Part shown: in pieces, positions 42,394-53,885 of the stretch
Layout of the letters: the number at the start of each line of letters is the position of its first letter
How positions within the stretch are numbered: the stretch's first letter is position 1
NCBI GenBank assembly: GCA_965237955.1
Contig: OZ250169.1
Location: 7,968,001 to 8,032,000, forward strand
Source of the DNA: Candidatus Marinacidobacterales bacterium
GTDB lineage: Bacteria; Acidobacteriota; Vicinamibacteria; Marinacidobacterales; SMYC01
Direction: 5' to 3'
Length of the DNA: 64,000 nt
The notes under the pieces: model-generated
Seen by the model: only the letters and a program-made list of their open reading frames with translations
What the model was told of the DNA's origin: nothing
The model's database searches: none
Translations under genes and position numbers: made by a program

Positions 42394-44187
42394 TTGACGG
42401 ACGTCGAGCGCGGCTCGAACAGGGATCGGTGGTTTCCTTCTGGCCCCTGGATGCGTCCCGTCGGATGGTTGCTTCTCGTCGCCGCGGTCGCCACTCTCCT
42501 CACCAACGCTTACTACCTGAGATTCCTGGAGCCCGTCGTCTCCCGGAGACTTCTCGCCGTTTGTCTCCTCGGTTCCATTGGGCTCTTCTTCTTCGTTGCT
42601 CGGGTCGGACTTCCCCGCACCCGAGAGGACGTTTTCGGTATAGCCCGACGCCTCGCTGTACCGGCGTTGCTTGTCGCGATCCTGGCGTGGGGTTTCGCGC
42701 TTCGCGTTTGGGGCATTAGCTCCGGTCTTCCTCAGAGCTACGTCGCCGACGAGTACGACTACGTCCACTCGACCATCACGATGATAAAACGGGGTGAGCT
42801 CAACCCCTATTGGTGGTACTACCCCAGCCTCAAGACGTATCTAAACATGGGCACCTACACTGCGGTGTACCTGGCGGGAGCGCGTTCGGGACGTTGGCAG
42901 AGCGTGAACGAGATTACCGTCGAAGACATGTTGTACTGGGGCCGTTTCGTCGCCGTCGTCTTTGGTACCGCTGCTGTTCTGCTCACGTTCTTACTGGGAA
43001 GGCGACTCTTCGGGACCCGAGTTGGCTTGATGGCCGCTGCTTTGCTGGCGGTCTTCCCGTCGGCGGTCGTGCAGTCCCAAATCAATAAGCCCGATGGAAT
43101 GCTTGCTTTCATGACTACCTTAAGTGTCCTGGCCAGCGTCGTGTACTTTCAAAAAGGGGGGGCGAAGCTCGCCGTCTTAAACGGGCTCGCCATCGGTCTG
43201 GCGATGGGTACGAAGTACAACGGCGTTTTGGTCGCGTTTCCGTTTCTGGTTGCCGTATGGCTGCGTCACGGTCGGCGACTACTCGTCGACCCCGATTTGT
43301 ACGTGGGTGTGGCTGGCTCGATCGCGGCTTTTTTTGCTACCAATCCCTTTCTGATCACGGACTTCGCGAGATTCCTGAACGATATTACCGAGCCTCTATA
43401 CACCTACGCCGTTGCCGGCAAAGAAGGGGGTACCGGTGTCGACAACTGGTACCACCACGCACGTTACGCGGTGCTCTTCGGAACCGGTCGGTGGGCGTTC
43501 CTTGCGGCGCTAGCTGGTCTCACCCTAGCGCTTTACCGACTCAACGCCCTGCTTGCCGTCGCATTGTGCTTTCCTGTCGTCTATGCGTCACTCGCGAGCT
43601 CCCAGCGCGTCCATTGGGCGGGTTTGTTCATCCCCGTTTACCCGTTTCTTGCGATCCTCGCGGCCTTTGCCGTCAATGAGGTGGCGGTGTTCGTTGTCAA
43701 GCTGCGCCGCGCCGTATGGGTGGAGCCATACGTCTTGGCGGCCTTGGTCGTACTCCTCATGTTGTTCCCAACACGCATGTCGATCCTCCATGACTCGGAG
43801 GCAACGCTTCCCGATACGGGAAACGTGGCGCGAGAATGGATCAACGCAACGTTCGAGCCGGGCACACACTTCGTGGCGGAAAGATTCACGCCGGTTCCGG
43901 ATCGGAAGCGTTTCCGCGTGTCACAAGAAGCAAGAGCCATTCACAAGTCCGTCGCGGACTATCGCCGCGAGGGCGTAGAGTATATCGTCGTTTCGTCGCA
44001 GATCTATGGCCGCTGGGGACCGGAGCACCGGGTCACTCGTGCCTATCGGAGACTCTTCGAGCTTTGTCTGCCGGTTGCGGAGTTCGAGCCGGTCGAAGGA
44101 AGGCTGCAGGGCCCCGCGATCCGGATTCTCCGCGTGCCGCCGGAAAGCGAAGCGGCTTCGCTCAAGCCAGATGGCGGGGGAGCTTGA
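42394..44187 (+). CDS. GT39/ArnT-PMT family membrane glycosyltransferase
   Basis: Multi-TM protein; ADEYDY, YYPSL, MGTKYNG; start may be 42451. Confidence 0.8.
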   Translation: MTDVERGSNRDRWFPSGPWMRPVGWLLLVAAVATLLTNAYYLRFLEPVVSRRLLAVCLLGSIGLFFFVARVGLPRTREDVFGIARRLAVPALLVAILAWGFALRVWGISSGLPQSYVADEYDYVHSTITMIKRGELNPYWWYYPSLKTYLNMGTYTAVYLAGARSGRWQSVNEITVEDMLYWGRFVAVVFGTAAVLLTFLLGRRLFGTRVGLMAAALLAVFPSAVVQSQINKPDGMLAFMTTLSVLASVVYFQKGGAKLAVLNGLAIGLAMGTKYNGVLVAFPFLVAVWLRHGRRLLVDPDLYVGVAGSIAAFFATNPFLITDFARFLNDITEPLYTYAVAGKEGGTGVDNWYHHARYAVLFGTGRWAFLAALAGLTLALYRLNALLAVALCFPVVYASLASSQRVHWAGLFIPVYPFLAILAAFAVNEVAVFVVKLRRAVWVEPYVLAALVVLLMLFPTRMSILHDSEATLPDTGNVAREWINATFEPGTHFVAERFTPVPDRKRFRVSQEARAIHKSVADYRREGVEYIVVSSQIYGRWGPEHRVTRAYRRLFELCLPVAEFEPVEGRLQGPAIRILRVPPESEAASLKPDGGGA

Positions 44188-44266
44188 TAGAAGAGGAGGG
44201 AAGCCGCTCGGCCTCGGCCAGACACCCGGCGTAATCGTTGAACATGGCGCTCGGGTTGTGCTCCAC

Positions 44267-45411
44267 CTAGACGTATTCGCGCGCGCAGACTTCGAGCCTT
44301 CGCCTGCGTTCCGGATCGCGCAGGAGATCCATCACGTCACAGAAGAGACCGTCCTCGTCGCCGTCGAGGCTCGTTCGGGCGACGACGGTGTCGGGGTAGT
44401 CGAGCTCGCGCATCTGATCGGTCACCATGACGGCTCTACCCGCCGCCAGCAAGCGAAGCAATGTGGCAGAGGTCTCCCCGGCTGAGGGATAGCGGAGATT
44501 CAAACAAATGTCCGCGGCCGAGGCATAGAGTCGGAAATCGGATTCTGAAACGCGTTCCGTGAGAAGTATGCGCTCGGCCACGCCCAATTGCTCGGCCTCC
44601 CGGCGCGCGTTGTAGTGCGCTACGGTTCCCCCGACCAGCAGGTACCGCACATCGACGTCCTCATCGAGCATCCGTTTGAGACAACGAAGGGCGATCGAGA
44701 TGCGTTTTTCTGGAGACACCAACCCAAAAGACGCCGTGACAATCTGTTTTCCTAAACCCAACTGCAGGCGGGCCTCGTCGCGTGAAACAACTTCGGGCAG
44801 CTCGATGCCCATGCGCACGGCGCGAATCACGCTTTCCGGACACCGCTCGTCAAGGGCGGCGCGGCTGTGGACGAGCGTCACTTGCTGGCTCGCACCAGCA
44901 GTTCGTGAAGCGGGTACTGGTAGAGCAGCCGGGCGCCTCCCATCCGTATGGCGATCTCGGCGATTTCCCCGCCGCGGTTGGGGTACGAAGCTTCGACCTC
45001 CGCGGTGTACTCGGAGAGTTTGGCGATCAATCGATCTCGCTTCCCGGTATCGCCCATGTGCGCCTTGTAATCGGCGACTTCGGGGCTATTCGTGTACATG
45101 GCGAGCCGGTAGTGGTGCAGCACGAGATCGTGCAACACCAGCATGCCCGGGTGGTGAAAGACCAACGGGTACATAAAGTCGTGGTGCAGGCTGTTCCCCA
45201 TCTGATAGAGAGGCAGTGCCTTCGGTTCGACGGACTGTCTCTTCTCGAACTCCTGCCACGAATAGCAGGACACGTCGAGGGGTGGGTCGATCGGCTCGCC
45301 GGTATAAGCCTCCACCGGAAACGCTTCCGACAAGCCTTGCAGAAGAAGCCGGCTGTAATCCGCCACGCCGGTGGGCGAGGGAGGCAAGGGCGAGAACAGA
45401 GCGATTCTCAT
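44267..45411 (-). pseudogene. GT4 glycosyltransferase, frameshifted near 44880
   Basis: FSPLPPSPTGVADYS, YQMGNS, LHDLVLHH, LRYPSAGETSA in two frames. Confidence 0.8.
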
Positions 45412-45418
45412 CAGCCTT

Positions 45419-45650
45419 TTATGTCGCGAAGAAGTCTCTAACTTCCTTGGCGACGCGGCGGGCGTCGTCCTCGCCGAGCTCGGGGTAAATGGGAAGCGAG
45501 AGGACTTCTTCGGCCGCGGCTTCTGCCTCCGGAAAACTTCCTTTCTTCAAGCCGAGGTCCGCATAAGCAGGCTGGAGATGATGAGGGAGAGGATAGTGGA
45601 CGGCCGAGGCGACGGCGTTTTTCTCCAAGTATCGGCGCAGCGCCGGCCAG
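45419..45650 (-). pseudogene. 3' fragment of DegT/DnrJ/EryC1/StrS aminotransferase
   Basis: VHYPLPHHLQPAY..EVLSLPIYPEL. Confidence 0.8.
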
Positions 45651-45797
45651 CGTTCGTGGCCGCGCATACCGACTTCGGCACCTTCGAGGCAATGTTCGAG
45701 GCCAGCGGCTTCACCTTCGAATCGCCCGAAGACTTCGCGACGATCCCAGATGCCGAGTGGGATGCCTTCATCGCCAGCGTCACCCGGTTTCCCGATT

Positions 45798-47243
45798 GGA
45801 GATGCCCCTGAGATAGTTGAAGGTTAGGAGTGGCGGCTCCTAAGGCCGGGTTCGATAGAATCCGGCTGTGAAGGAAAAAGAAAGGAGCCACCACGATGTC
45901 AAATTACCAAATCATCGATGCGAAGAACAGGAAGAAGCTTCGAGAGATACTGAGCTCGAAGGGGCAAGCTCTGTTGCCGTTCTTGGATGCGATTGAGCGA
46001 ACCGAGATAGCGATCGACGAAGTGATCGACGTTGCTGGCCGAGCGACGATCGAAGCGGTCTTGGATCTGTCAGCCCAAAGTGTGGCTGGGGAGAAACACC
46101 CGGGGAAGAAGGGTAGCGATGTTCGCTGGCACGGCCGGCAGGGTGGCGTAGTAAGCCTTGCGGAGCGGAAGTTGAGAGTGAGCCGGCCACGTCTGCGGCG
46201 TAAGGGAAAGGCAGAGGGAGGGGAGGTTGCGATTCCTGCCTACGAAGCGGTGAACAACTCGTCTCGGCTGAGCCAACGCATCTGGGAAATCCTGATGCTG
46301 GGTGTGTCGACGCGCAAGTACGCGTCGGTTCTTCCCGAGATGGCGGAGACGGTAGGGGTTAGCAAGAGCGAGGTGAGCCGTGAGTTCGTGGAAGCAAGCG
46401 CGGAGCAGTTGCAGGGGCTGATGGAGCGTCCGCTGGACGAGCTGGAGATCGCGGTCGTGTACCTGGACGGGATTCGCTTCGGCGAGCACCACGCGCTGGC
46501 GGCAATCGGCGTAGATACAGAGGGATACAAGCATGTTCTGGGGCTTCGGGATGGAGCATCGGAGAACCAGATAGTGTGCAAGGCGCTGCTGGAGGACCTG
46601 GTCGAACGAGGCCTGAGCCCAGAGCGGTGTCGGCTGTTCGTGATCGATGGCTCCAAGGCGCTACGGGTCGCCGTCGACGCTGTGTTCGGTACCCACAACA
46701 AGGTCCAGCGTTGCAGGAAGCACAAGGAGCGCAATGTGCTCGGTTATCTGCCGCAGGAGCTGAAGCCGCAAGTGCAAGCGAGCCTGCGTTCGGCCTGGCA
46801 GCTCCCAGCAAAGAAGGGCAAAGCGCGGTTGGAGCAACAGGCGAAGTGGCTCGAGGACGACTACCCCTCGGCGGCGGAGAGCATCCGGGAGGGGCTCGAC
46901 GAGATGTTCACCATCAACGAGCTCGACCTCCCCGCATCTCTGAAACGCTGCCTTGGATCGACGAACATCATCGAGTCGTGCTTCAGCGGTGCGCGAGGTC
47001 GTACCCGTTCGCGTCACCCGCTGGCGCAATGGCAAGATGGTTCTGAGATGGGCCGCTTCGGCTCTGCTCGCCACGGAGAAAAATTTCCGTCGTATCATTG
47101 GATACCAATCGCTACCGATCCTCGAAGCGAAGTTAGCGGAGGTCACTGAGAATCAAGCGCTCGACAAGCACGCCAAAGTCGGGTAAACCATGTGTCAGGA
47201 GCCGCCACCACCTCGAACCTTCAACTATGGTGGGGGCACCTCC
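45798..47243 (+). mobile_element. IS256-family element with 8-bp TSD TCCCGATT; transposase 45896..47186 with a 1-nt insertion near 47008
   Basis: IRs GGAGATGCCCC..GGGGCACCTCC; YLDG, VIDGSKAL, QRC..HK.RN, STNIIES; extra T relative to fragment at 3845. Confidence 0.92.
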
Positions 47244-47929
47244 TCCCGATTGGAAGACGATGCAGGAAAAAGCTGCAGTGGACTGGATGGCCCGAGGGAT
47301 ACGCCTCGCGTAGCTCGTGGATATCAAGTTCGACAGCTACCCGCGGGGGTCCCAACCCACAGGCCCGTCACCTGCCGATGGTGCCAGAGTCCTTCTTCCA
47401 CCGTCGCCGTCCGAGGCGCGTCGGGAGCGATAAGCGTCGGCGAGAGCCAACGGGGCTTCTATGTCGGCATCGAGTATGGCTTGGCGACCGCCGCGATTGT
47501 AGAGTCCTCCGTCTTCCATGTCAGTCATCGGACGAAGTGCGACGTGCTGCTCTATTCCGACCCGAGTATGGCTCCGACCGGTGCGGCGGAATGTAGCGAC
47601 GATACTCCGAGGATGTGCTCCAACAGCTTCGATCCGGGGACCGGGTTTGCGGGCGGCCTTAGCGCAGGCTAAGACTGGGGCAAGCTGCGCTTCGAAGTCG
47701 AACACCTAAGCCGCTACCAGAGCGAGGACTCTTCGCCCCTCCGCACAGGAGGGGGCGGGAATGAAGTGCTGGCAGCCAAGTCCGGCGAGTGGAATCTGGA
47801 AGACCTGCCCTCGGAGAGAATTTCCGAATTCCGCGCCCACCAACTCCAGAAGGCGATCGGCTATACCTTCCTGGCGCCCGACATCATCCGCCATTGTACC
47901 TTGTGCCAGAGAGGCAGGATCACTTTTGT

Positions 47930-48233
47930 GCCTTCGTTCATTTCGCGATTTACGAGACCATCCAACTCATACTGCGGCCAGTTCTTGGCGAAGAAGACCT
48001 CGCTCCACCTCGAGGAAGACTACTTCTTCATCGATACCGAAATCGTGGTCCAGCTTCACCGGGCTGGATTCCGCTACATTCAGAAAGGCGTTCGCCACTA
48101 TCCCCGCACCGCAGGGAAGTCGACGGTCGGCCCGACCGACGTTCCCCGTACCTTTCTAGCCCTCATGAGGCTCTGGGTAAAGCTGCGGCTGCTGAGCTCG
48201 GGTAAAACGAAACGCGCGGCACCGCGCGATTAG
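47930..48233 (+). pseudogene. 3' fragment of a GT2 glycosyltransferase
   Basis: FFIDTEIV..VRHYPRTAGKSTV; 5' boundary approximate. Confidence 0.6.
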
Positions 48234-48242
48234 TCGGCCAGA

Positions 48243-48474
48243 GTGTTCAACCTTTCCGTGTGTTCCGGCGTGTGGAAGGCGGCCGGCGCTAGTGCGCTCG
48301 GGACGATCCTCCTCTTAACGCTCGCCTACCGATTGCCCACGACGTTGGTCGTCGACATGGGCGACGCAGTGGTCGGCGCACTCCTCACCGACAACTTTCA
48401 CGACGCAGAGGAGGGCTACCGCTGGACCCGCGGCACGAGTCACATGCGTTTCCTGGATCCTGGCGCCAGCCCGA
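48243..48474 (+). pseudogene. 5' fragment of a membrane protein cut by IS256
   Basis: TM segment then NFHDAEEGYRWT. Confidence 0.5.
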
Positions 48475-49842
48475 GGATGTGTCCCGAGGTCGGTGGAAAA
48501 AGAACAGCGCACCTCGACTCCGTCATCAGGGTATCAGATCAAGCGGCAACCTCCGCGTGTTCGAGAACCTCGCTCAGACGTTGGTAGCCGTCGATGCGTC
48601 GTAGTTGAATCTGGCCAGAGGCGATAAGCCCAAACAGCAAAGCGACCGCGGACTCCTCGCTGAGAACGACGCTTGGGTTTTCGTCCGGCGTCGAAACTCG
48701 CGGTTGAGATTCTCCAGAGCATTGGTCGTGCGAATCGATTTCCACATGGCACGAGGGAATTCGTAGAAGGTCAGCAGCTGATTACCGGCCTCCTCTAGGC
48801 TTCGGACGACGGCCGGCGCGAGAGGCGTCCACTTGGCGACGAGCTTGTCATAGGCTTTGCGAGCATCGATACCGTTTTTGCTGTAGACGATCCGGTTGTA
48901 GTCACGCCGGAGCTCGCGGCGTGCGTGCGCCGGGCAATGTTGGAGCAAGTTGGCGCGCTTGTGCTCGGTACATCGCTGCAACCGGCACTCCGGCCACTTC
49001 TCGAGCGCCTTCGTCAGCCCCTTGTGGCCGTCGCTGATCACCAGCTTGGGAGCCCGTAGTCCTCGGGCCTGGAGTCCTTCCAGCGCGGAGCCCCAATGCG
49101 TCGAGGATTCGCTCACTGCCAGACGCAATGACAACAGCCGTTTCTGGCCGTCTGGCGCGACCCCGAGCGCTGCCAGCACAGGCACGCTGATCACACGCTT
49201 CGCCATCCGCACCTTCAGGTGGAAGCCGTCCAGGTAAACGATCGCGTAGACTTCATCGCTAAGGTCACGGCTCTGCCATTCTTCGAAGCGCTCTTTTAGT
49301 CGGCTAACTACGCGAGACACCGCGCTTTTCGATAAGTGCTCTTCACCAAGCAGCGGTTTCAGCGCCCTGCGGATCCGACGGCTGTTCGCGCCCGACAAGT
49401 ACGTCCCCAAGATCGCCTCGTCGACCTCACGAGTGCGGCGCGCGTACCGGGGCAACAGCTCGCTTTTGAACTCTGTCGTCTCTCCCGTTTCCTCGTCTCG
49501 CACACGGGCTCGTGGCACTCGCAGCTCGCGTGTTCCCACCGATGTCGTCACGCGGCGGGTCTCGGCGCCGTTGCGATAACCACAGCGTCCTTCCGTACGC
49601 TCGTAGCTAACACAACCCAGCGCTTGGTCCACTTCCTCCTCGAGCACAACCTCGATCGCCTCCAGTACCCGCTTGCGCAACCGAAGCTGGACGAACTCCC
49701 GGTACTCGCTTACAGACTCCTTGGATATGGTGGTAGGCTTCTTCATGGCGTAATCCTCCTCCTCGCCTTTTCAGGCGCGGTTTTGATTTTGGTTAACCGG
49801 AGGTTGCGCCATTCTTATTTCCACGGAACCCGGGACAGATCC
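48475..49842 (-). mobile_element. Second IS256-family element (transposase from 49746, frameshift near C-terminus)
   Basis: IRs GGATGTGTCCCG/CGGGACAGATCC; GYRNG, YLDG, ISDG, RTTNALENLNREFRRRTK; no TSD. Confidence 0.9.
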
Positions 49843-50015
49843 CTCTCGCCCTGGACCGTGGAGCTTCGGGCTCGAAGCGGGGTCGCGTCCGACGAGACGG
49901 TTCGAGGGACGTTACTCCGCGCCGATGATTTCGAGCTATCGGGAGCTCTGAGCTCCGATTGGAGCCTCCACCGAGCGACGCTCCCCGCTGCTTTCCTGCA
50001 AATACTCTCGTAGCA

Positions 50016-50201
50016 AGTATTGTCAAGTTGAGGTCTCAAGCTCGGAGCGGGCCGCTAGATAATGGGGCTTGAGCGTACCGCGTTGCCAACATCTTGGGGT
50101 CGGATCGGCCCTGAATACCTCAACTTGACAGCAATGGCACCGCCCGCGTGGGCGGAGGTCATCGGGGAGTGACCGAAATCGTTCGTTCACTCGAAAGTAC
50201 C
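50016..50201 (-). mobile_element. Non-coding element with IS6-like ends and two NrdR-like boxes
   Basis: TGTCAAGTTGAGG..CCTCAACTTGACA IR pair plus GGTACTTTCGAGTG end; homolog at 59623..59918. Confidence 0.6.
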
Positions 50202-51456
50202 CTCCCGATGCCTGCCTGAACTTGAGCTTGGTGGTGCCTTACAAGCAGTTTCTCACCACGCTCCTGAGGCCGGATTGGTACGGACGAAACCAACAGCAGA
50301 GCGGCCTGGGGTACTCGCTCCTCAGCCTTGCCTTGATCGCGGCCGTGGTTTTGTTTCTCTTCCCGAAGGCGTCCTCCCTTGCTTCTCGAGGTCACCCTCT
50401 TGACGATCCTGGTGACCTGGATACCGGCGCTGTCCTTCGACTACAAGCTGACGTTGATGTTCGTCCCTTTGTTGAGTGCTTTCGTTCGAAAGAGACGCGA
50501 AATCTGTTTCTGCCGATTCTCATGATCTCGTTGCTGTTGATCTCAAAGAAGATTTTCGGCTACGAGGGGGCGAAAACGATCGACCAGCTCGTTGTCGCTG
50601 CCCTGTTCCTCTGGACCGTGATCTCGATCCTCGAGTGGGAACGGCCTCAGGAAGAGGGCACGGTGGTGGTGCAAAAGCTTCCCTGGGTGGCGCTGACTTC
50701 GATGGTGACGATCCTGGTTCTGACTTATGGTTCGAAGACCCACGCCTTGATGGGACTACCCGAGTTTCGCGGAGAGGGCGAGACCATCGACTTCATCCCC
50801 AGAGAGCCGGAAGGACATTTCGGTCAAGGCTGGTTTGCTTTCGAGAGTGACGGAACAAATACCTACCGATGGATGAGCGCACCAGCCGCACACCTTTACG
50901 TTTGATTGGAAGCCGGCCGCAACTACCGCCTCGAGTTGGACCTGCGCAACCACGTTCACAATCCCGATCAACAGGTGCGGGTGTGGCTGGATTCGGTGGA
51001 GCTCGGCGCGTTCGACATGGAGAGCGGAGAGTAGAGACAGTTCGCCTGCCAGCCAGTCTCCTCTCTCCAGGTGCTTTTCGCTACAAGGTCTCCGTCAGCG
51101 TGGACGTTTTGAACCCGCCGGGGAGAGGAGATCCTCGGCGCCTGGGTGTGGCCTTGAACAGCATCACCTTTCACGGTGAGGAAGCGCTCCCTCTCTTCGA
51201 TGGACGGGGCGATGCGATCACCTTCTCGCCGTCAGACGAAACGATTCCGCTTCTGGCGTTGATTGGCGGCGGAGTGCTGATGTTGATGAGTGACGAGCTC
51301 ATCTGGGGTGGTGGCGGTCGTTTCGTTTTTGGCTGCTACCTGGGCCTGGTGATGTCTCACTTCGTGGTCGATACCGGCGTATGGCGGTTGAGCGGCTCGT
51401 TTCAAAGGCAGTATCTATCCGAGCCTTTCGATTTCATTCTTGCCCGGCCGCGGTAA
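50202..51456 (+). pseudogene. Frameshifted fragments of membrane protein(s)
   Basis: TM-rich pieces in several frames, FGQGWFAFE..YRWM and DPRRLGVAL motifs, internal stops. Confidence 0.45.
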
Positions 51457-52260
51457 ATCAGTCACGTAATCGCGTTGCCGGCGGGCTTCGGCGACGCGCG
51501 TCCGGCTGCGCCACAACCACCACCTCATGCAAAAAACCCCTCGAACGTCCTTCCAGGCAGCGGAGATGATCCGGACCCGGCTGTCGTCGTCATCCACCCA
51601 CCGGACCGGCACGTCCTTGATGCGATAGCCCAGTTTCTCGGCAAGCACCAGTAGCTCGGTGTCGAAGAACCAGGCGCTGTCTTTCACTTGGGGCACCAGA
51701 TCGCGCGCCACTAGGGCCGACACCGCCTTGAAGCCGCACTGAGCGTCGCTGAAGCTGGTGAACAGCACCGATTTTAGAAACAGGTTATAGCCGCGGGAGA
51801 TGAACTCCCGCTTCAAGCCCCGCGTTACCCGGGAGTCTTTCATGAGCCGTGAGCCAATGGCGATGTCATAACCCTCTTCCCAGATGGCGCGACACAGCTT
51901 TTCCAGCGCTTCCAGTTCCGTGGAGATGTCGACATCGGTGTAGGCGAGGATGTCAGCAGAGCTCCGGGTCCAGACCTTGCGCAGAGCCCGGCCCCGTCCT
52001 CGCTCGCTGAGCGAGAAGGAGAAGACATCGTCGAACTTTCCTGCCAGCTCTTCGGCAATCTCGCTGGTGCCGTCCTCGGAGCCGTTGTCGGCAATCACGA
52101 TGCGGGCCGGGAAGGGAAAGCTCTGGTGGAGAAAGCCGCGGATGGTGGTCACGCTCTTCTCCAGCACTCGCGCCTCGTTGAGGCAGGGGATCACCAGCTC
52201 AACCAGCGGAGCCGCAGCGGGCTTGTCTACCAAACGATGACCTCCATCACGACGATTCAA
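51415..52260 (-). CDS. GT2 glycosyltransferase (dolichyl-phosphate glucosyltransferase-like)
   Basis: VIPCLNE, IADNGSEDGT, YTDVD, DAQCGFKA, WFFDTELL. Confidence 0.88.
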   Translation of the reverse strand: MNRRDGGHRLVDKPAAAPLVELVIPCLNEARVLEKSVTTIRGFLHQSFPFPARIVIADNGSEDGTSEIAEELAGKFDDVFSFSLSERGRGRALRKVWTRSSADILAYTDVDISTELEALEKLCRAIWEEGYDIAIGSRLMKDSRVTRGLKREFISRGYNLFLKSVLFTSFSDAQCGFKAVSALVARDLVPQVKDSAWFFDTELLVLAEKLGYRIKDVPVRWVDDDDSRVRIISAAWKDVRGVFCMRWWLWRSRTRVAEARRQRDYVTDLPRPGKNEIERLG

Positions 52261-52339
52261 CGACAGCCACAGAGCTTATCATTGTCTTTCCTGAAAACGG
52301 ACACTGTACAGGGCGACCCCAAGGTTGCTGCTGTCCGCC

Positions 52340-52400
52340 TGTGCTCCGTAAAAAGTCGATCCAGCGTTGATTGCGCGTTCTAGACCTGTTATGGTCGGCT
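52340..52400 (+). mobile_element. TGT MITE left portion truncated by the adjacent autonomous element
   Basis: TGTGCTCCGTAAAAAGTCGATCC..GGTCGGCT directly abuts 52401. Confidence 0.8.
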
Positions 52401-53788
52401 TGTCGTCCGCAAAAAAGAAGATCGCAACTCGCTGCGACAGAACTGGGAAGGCGATGCTCGTGAAATCGGTCTCGAGGCGTCGTTGATATCCTGAACTGGC
52501 TTCCTCCCCAGGACGAGAAAGACAAACGTCCAGCGCGAACCGAGCGCTCCTCTGCGCGCAGAGAATGCTTCAGTCAAGCGGCGTGGGCCAACCGGTAATC
52601 GTGATGGAGACCGCCAAGAACGGGCCTTGAGACGATTCGCTTTCCGCTCGGAATCTGGTGACGATAGGGAGCAGGATCGACATGAAGAGCGCTCGCCGGC
52701 TCGGGAACATTGGGTCCGAGAGACGAATGCGGCCTCGCGCGATTGTAGTAGTCACGCCATTCACACAACAGTCGACGCAGATGCTTCTCCGACAGCGGGA
52801 TAAGGAAGTCTAAACATTCTCGGCGGGTGGTGCCGATCAATCTCTCGCAATAACAATTCGCTTGCGGCGCGAATGGAGGTGTCCTCAACACCCTGACGCC
52901 CATCGCTCGCACGGACTTCCGTAGATCTTCGGAGAACTTGGTATCCCGGTAGACGATCACGAAGCGATAATCGTGCTCACACGGTATCGCCTCTCGGAAC
53001 TGCTGCAAGGTCCACTCCGCGCTCGGATGCGTGGTCACGTTCACGTGAGTCATCTTGCGCGTACCGACTTCCATCACGACGAGGACGTAGAGGAATTGGA
53101 ACCGAGCCGTGACGACCGTGAGGAAGTCGGTGGCGATGATTGCCTTCGCGTGATTGCGAACGAATGTGGACCAGCATTGCGATGAATGGCTTGCGTCTCG
53201 GTCGCTGTCATCTCGACTCGGCATGTACTTTCCCACCGTGCGCGGGGACACTCGGACCCCGAGCTTGACGAGGAGCTCATGAGCGATTCTCTCTTCGCCC
53301 CAGCTGACTTTCGCGATCGCCATCTCGACGATCAGCTTCTTGAGCTCTTCTGGCACGGGTGGGCGTCCTTTGTGCCGAGATTTCCACCGCCAAAACAGAC
53401 GAAATCCTTTCCGGTGCCAGCGGACGAGCGTGTCGGGCTTCACGACGACTAGGGCATTCTTCCAGTCGAACAGCCGAGCCAGCGCCGCCATCGTGAACCG
53501 TGTCACGTTGTCGGTATGGTGGGGCGTCTGCTCACGCTCGACAAAAAAGGTGCGCTGCTTACGGAGAAAGAGATTCTCGGCGGCGAGGGCACCCTGCGAA
53601 CGGACAAGATTCCGAGCGAACGCGAGGGCGTTGACGAAAGCGGGCACAATATTCGAGAGCAGACGCAAGACTGCACCTTTCCACGGTTACAATGACGTCG
53701 GATCACGTCATCCGTTCGCCACGAAACGGCCAATCCTGGCAGGTCTAAACTGCGGAATCAACGACGGATCGACTTTTTGCGGAGCACA
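52401..53788 (-). mobile_element. Autonomous TGT..ACA rve-integrase (IS481-like) element; transposase 52574..53668
   Basis: Ends TGTGCTCCGCAAAAAG / TTTTTTGCGGACGACA; TDFLTV, NCYCERLIG, LGGLHHDY; second catalytic Asp region reads YRD, not DRD as at 40220. Confidence 0.85.
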
Positions 53789-53885
53789 GGTCCGGAAGGA
53801 TCCCTGTAAGTGACGCAACCCGGGGGTACCTCCAGGTCGTCCGATGACTCCAACGTCGCTCCTGAGCCAATCTCGAGCGTCTCGT

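Noticed and set aside
19822-51040. TAG reassignment suggested by in-frame TAGs (19822, about 40085, 44267, about 51032)
   Set aside because: The positions appear to correspond to different residues (Tyr in the paralogous transposase, probably Trp or Glu/Gln elsewhere). TAG also ends intact genes (10574, 35942, 39064). Decay explains them better.
7512-53885. Further possible IS end remnants (IS3-like at 7512 and 53811, IS66-like at 33186, IS4-like near 47897)
   Set aside because: Each is a single short resemblance with no partner end or transposase in the window, which is too weak to call.
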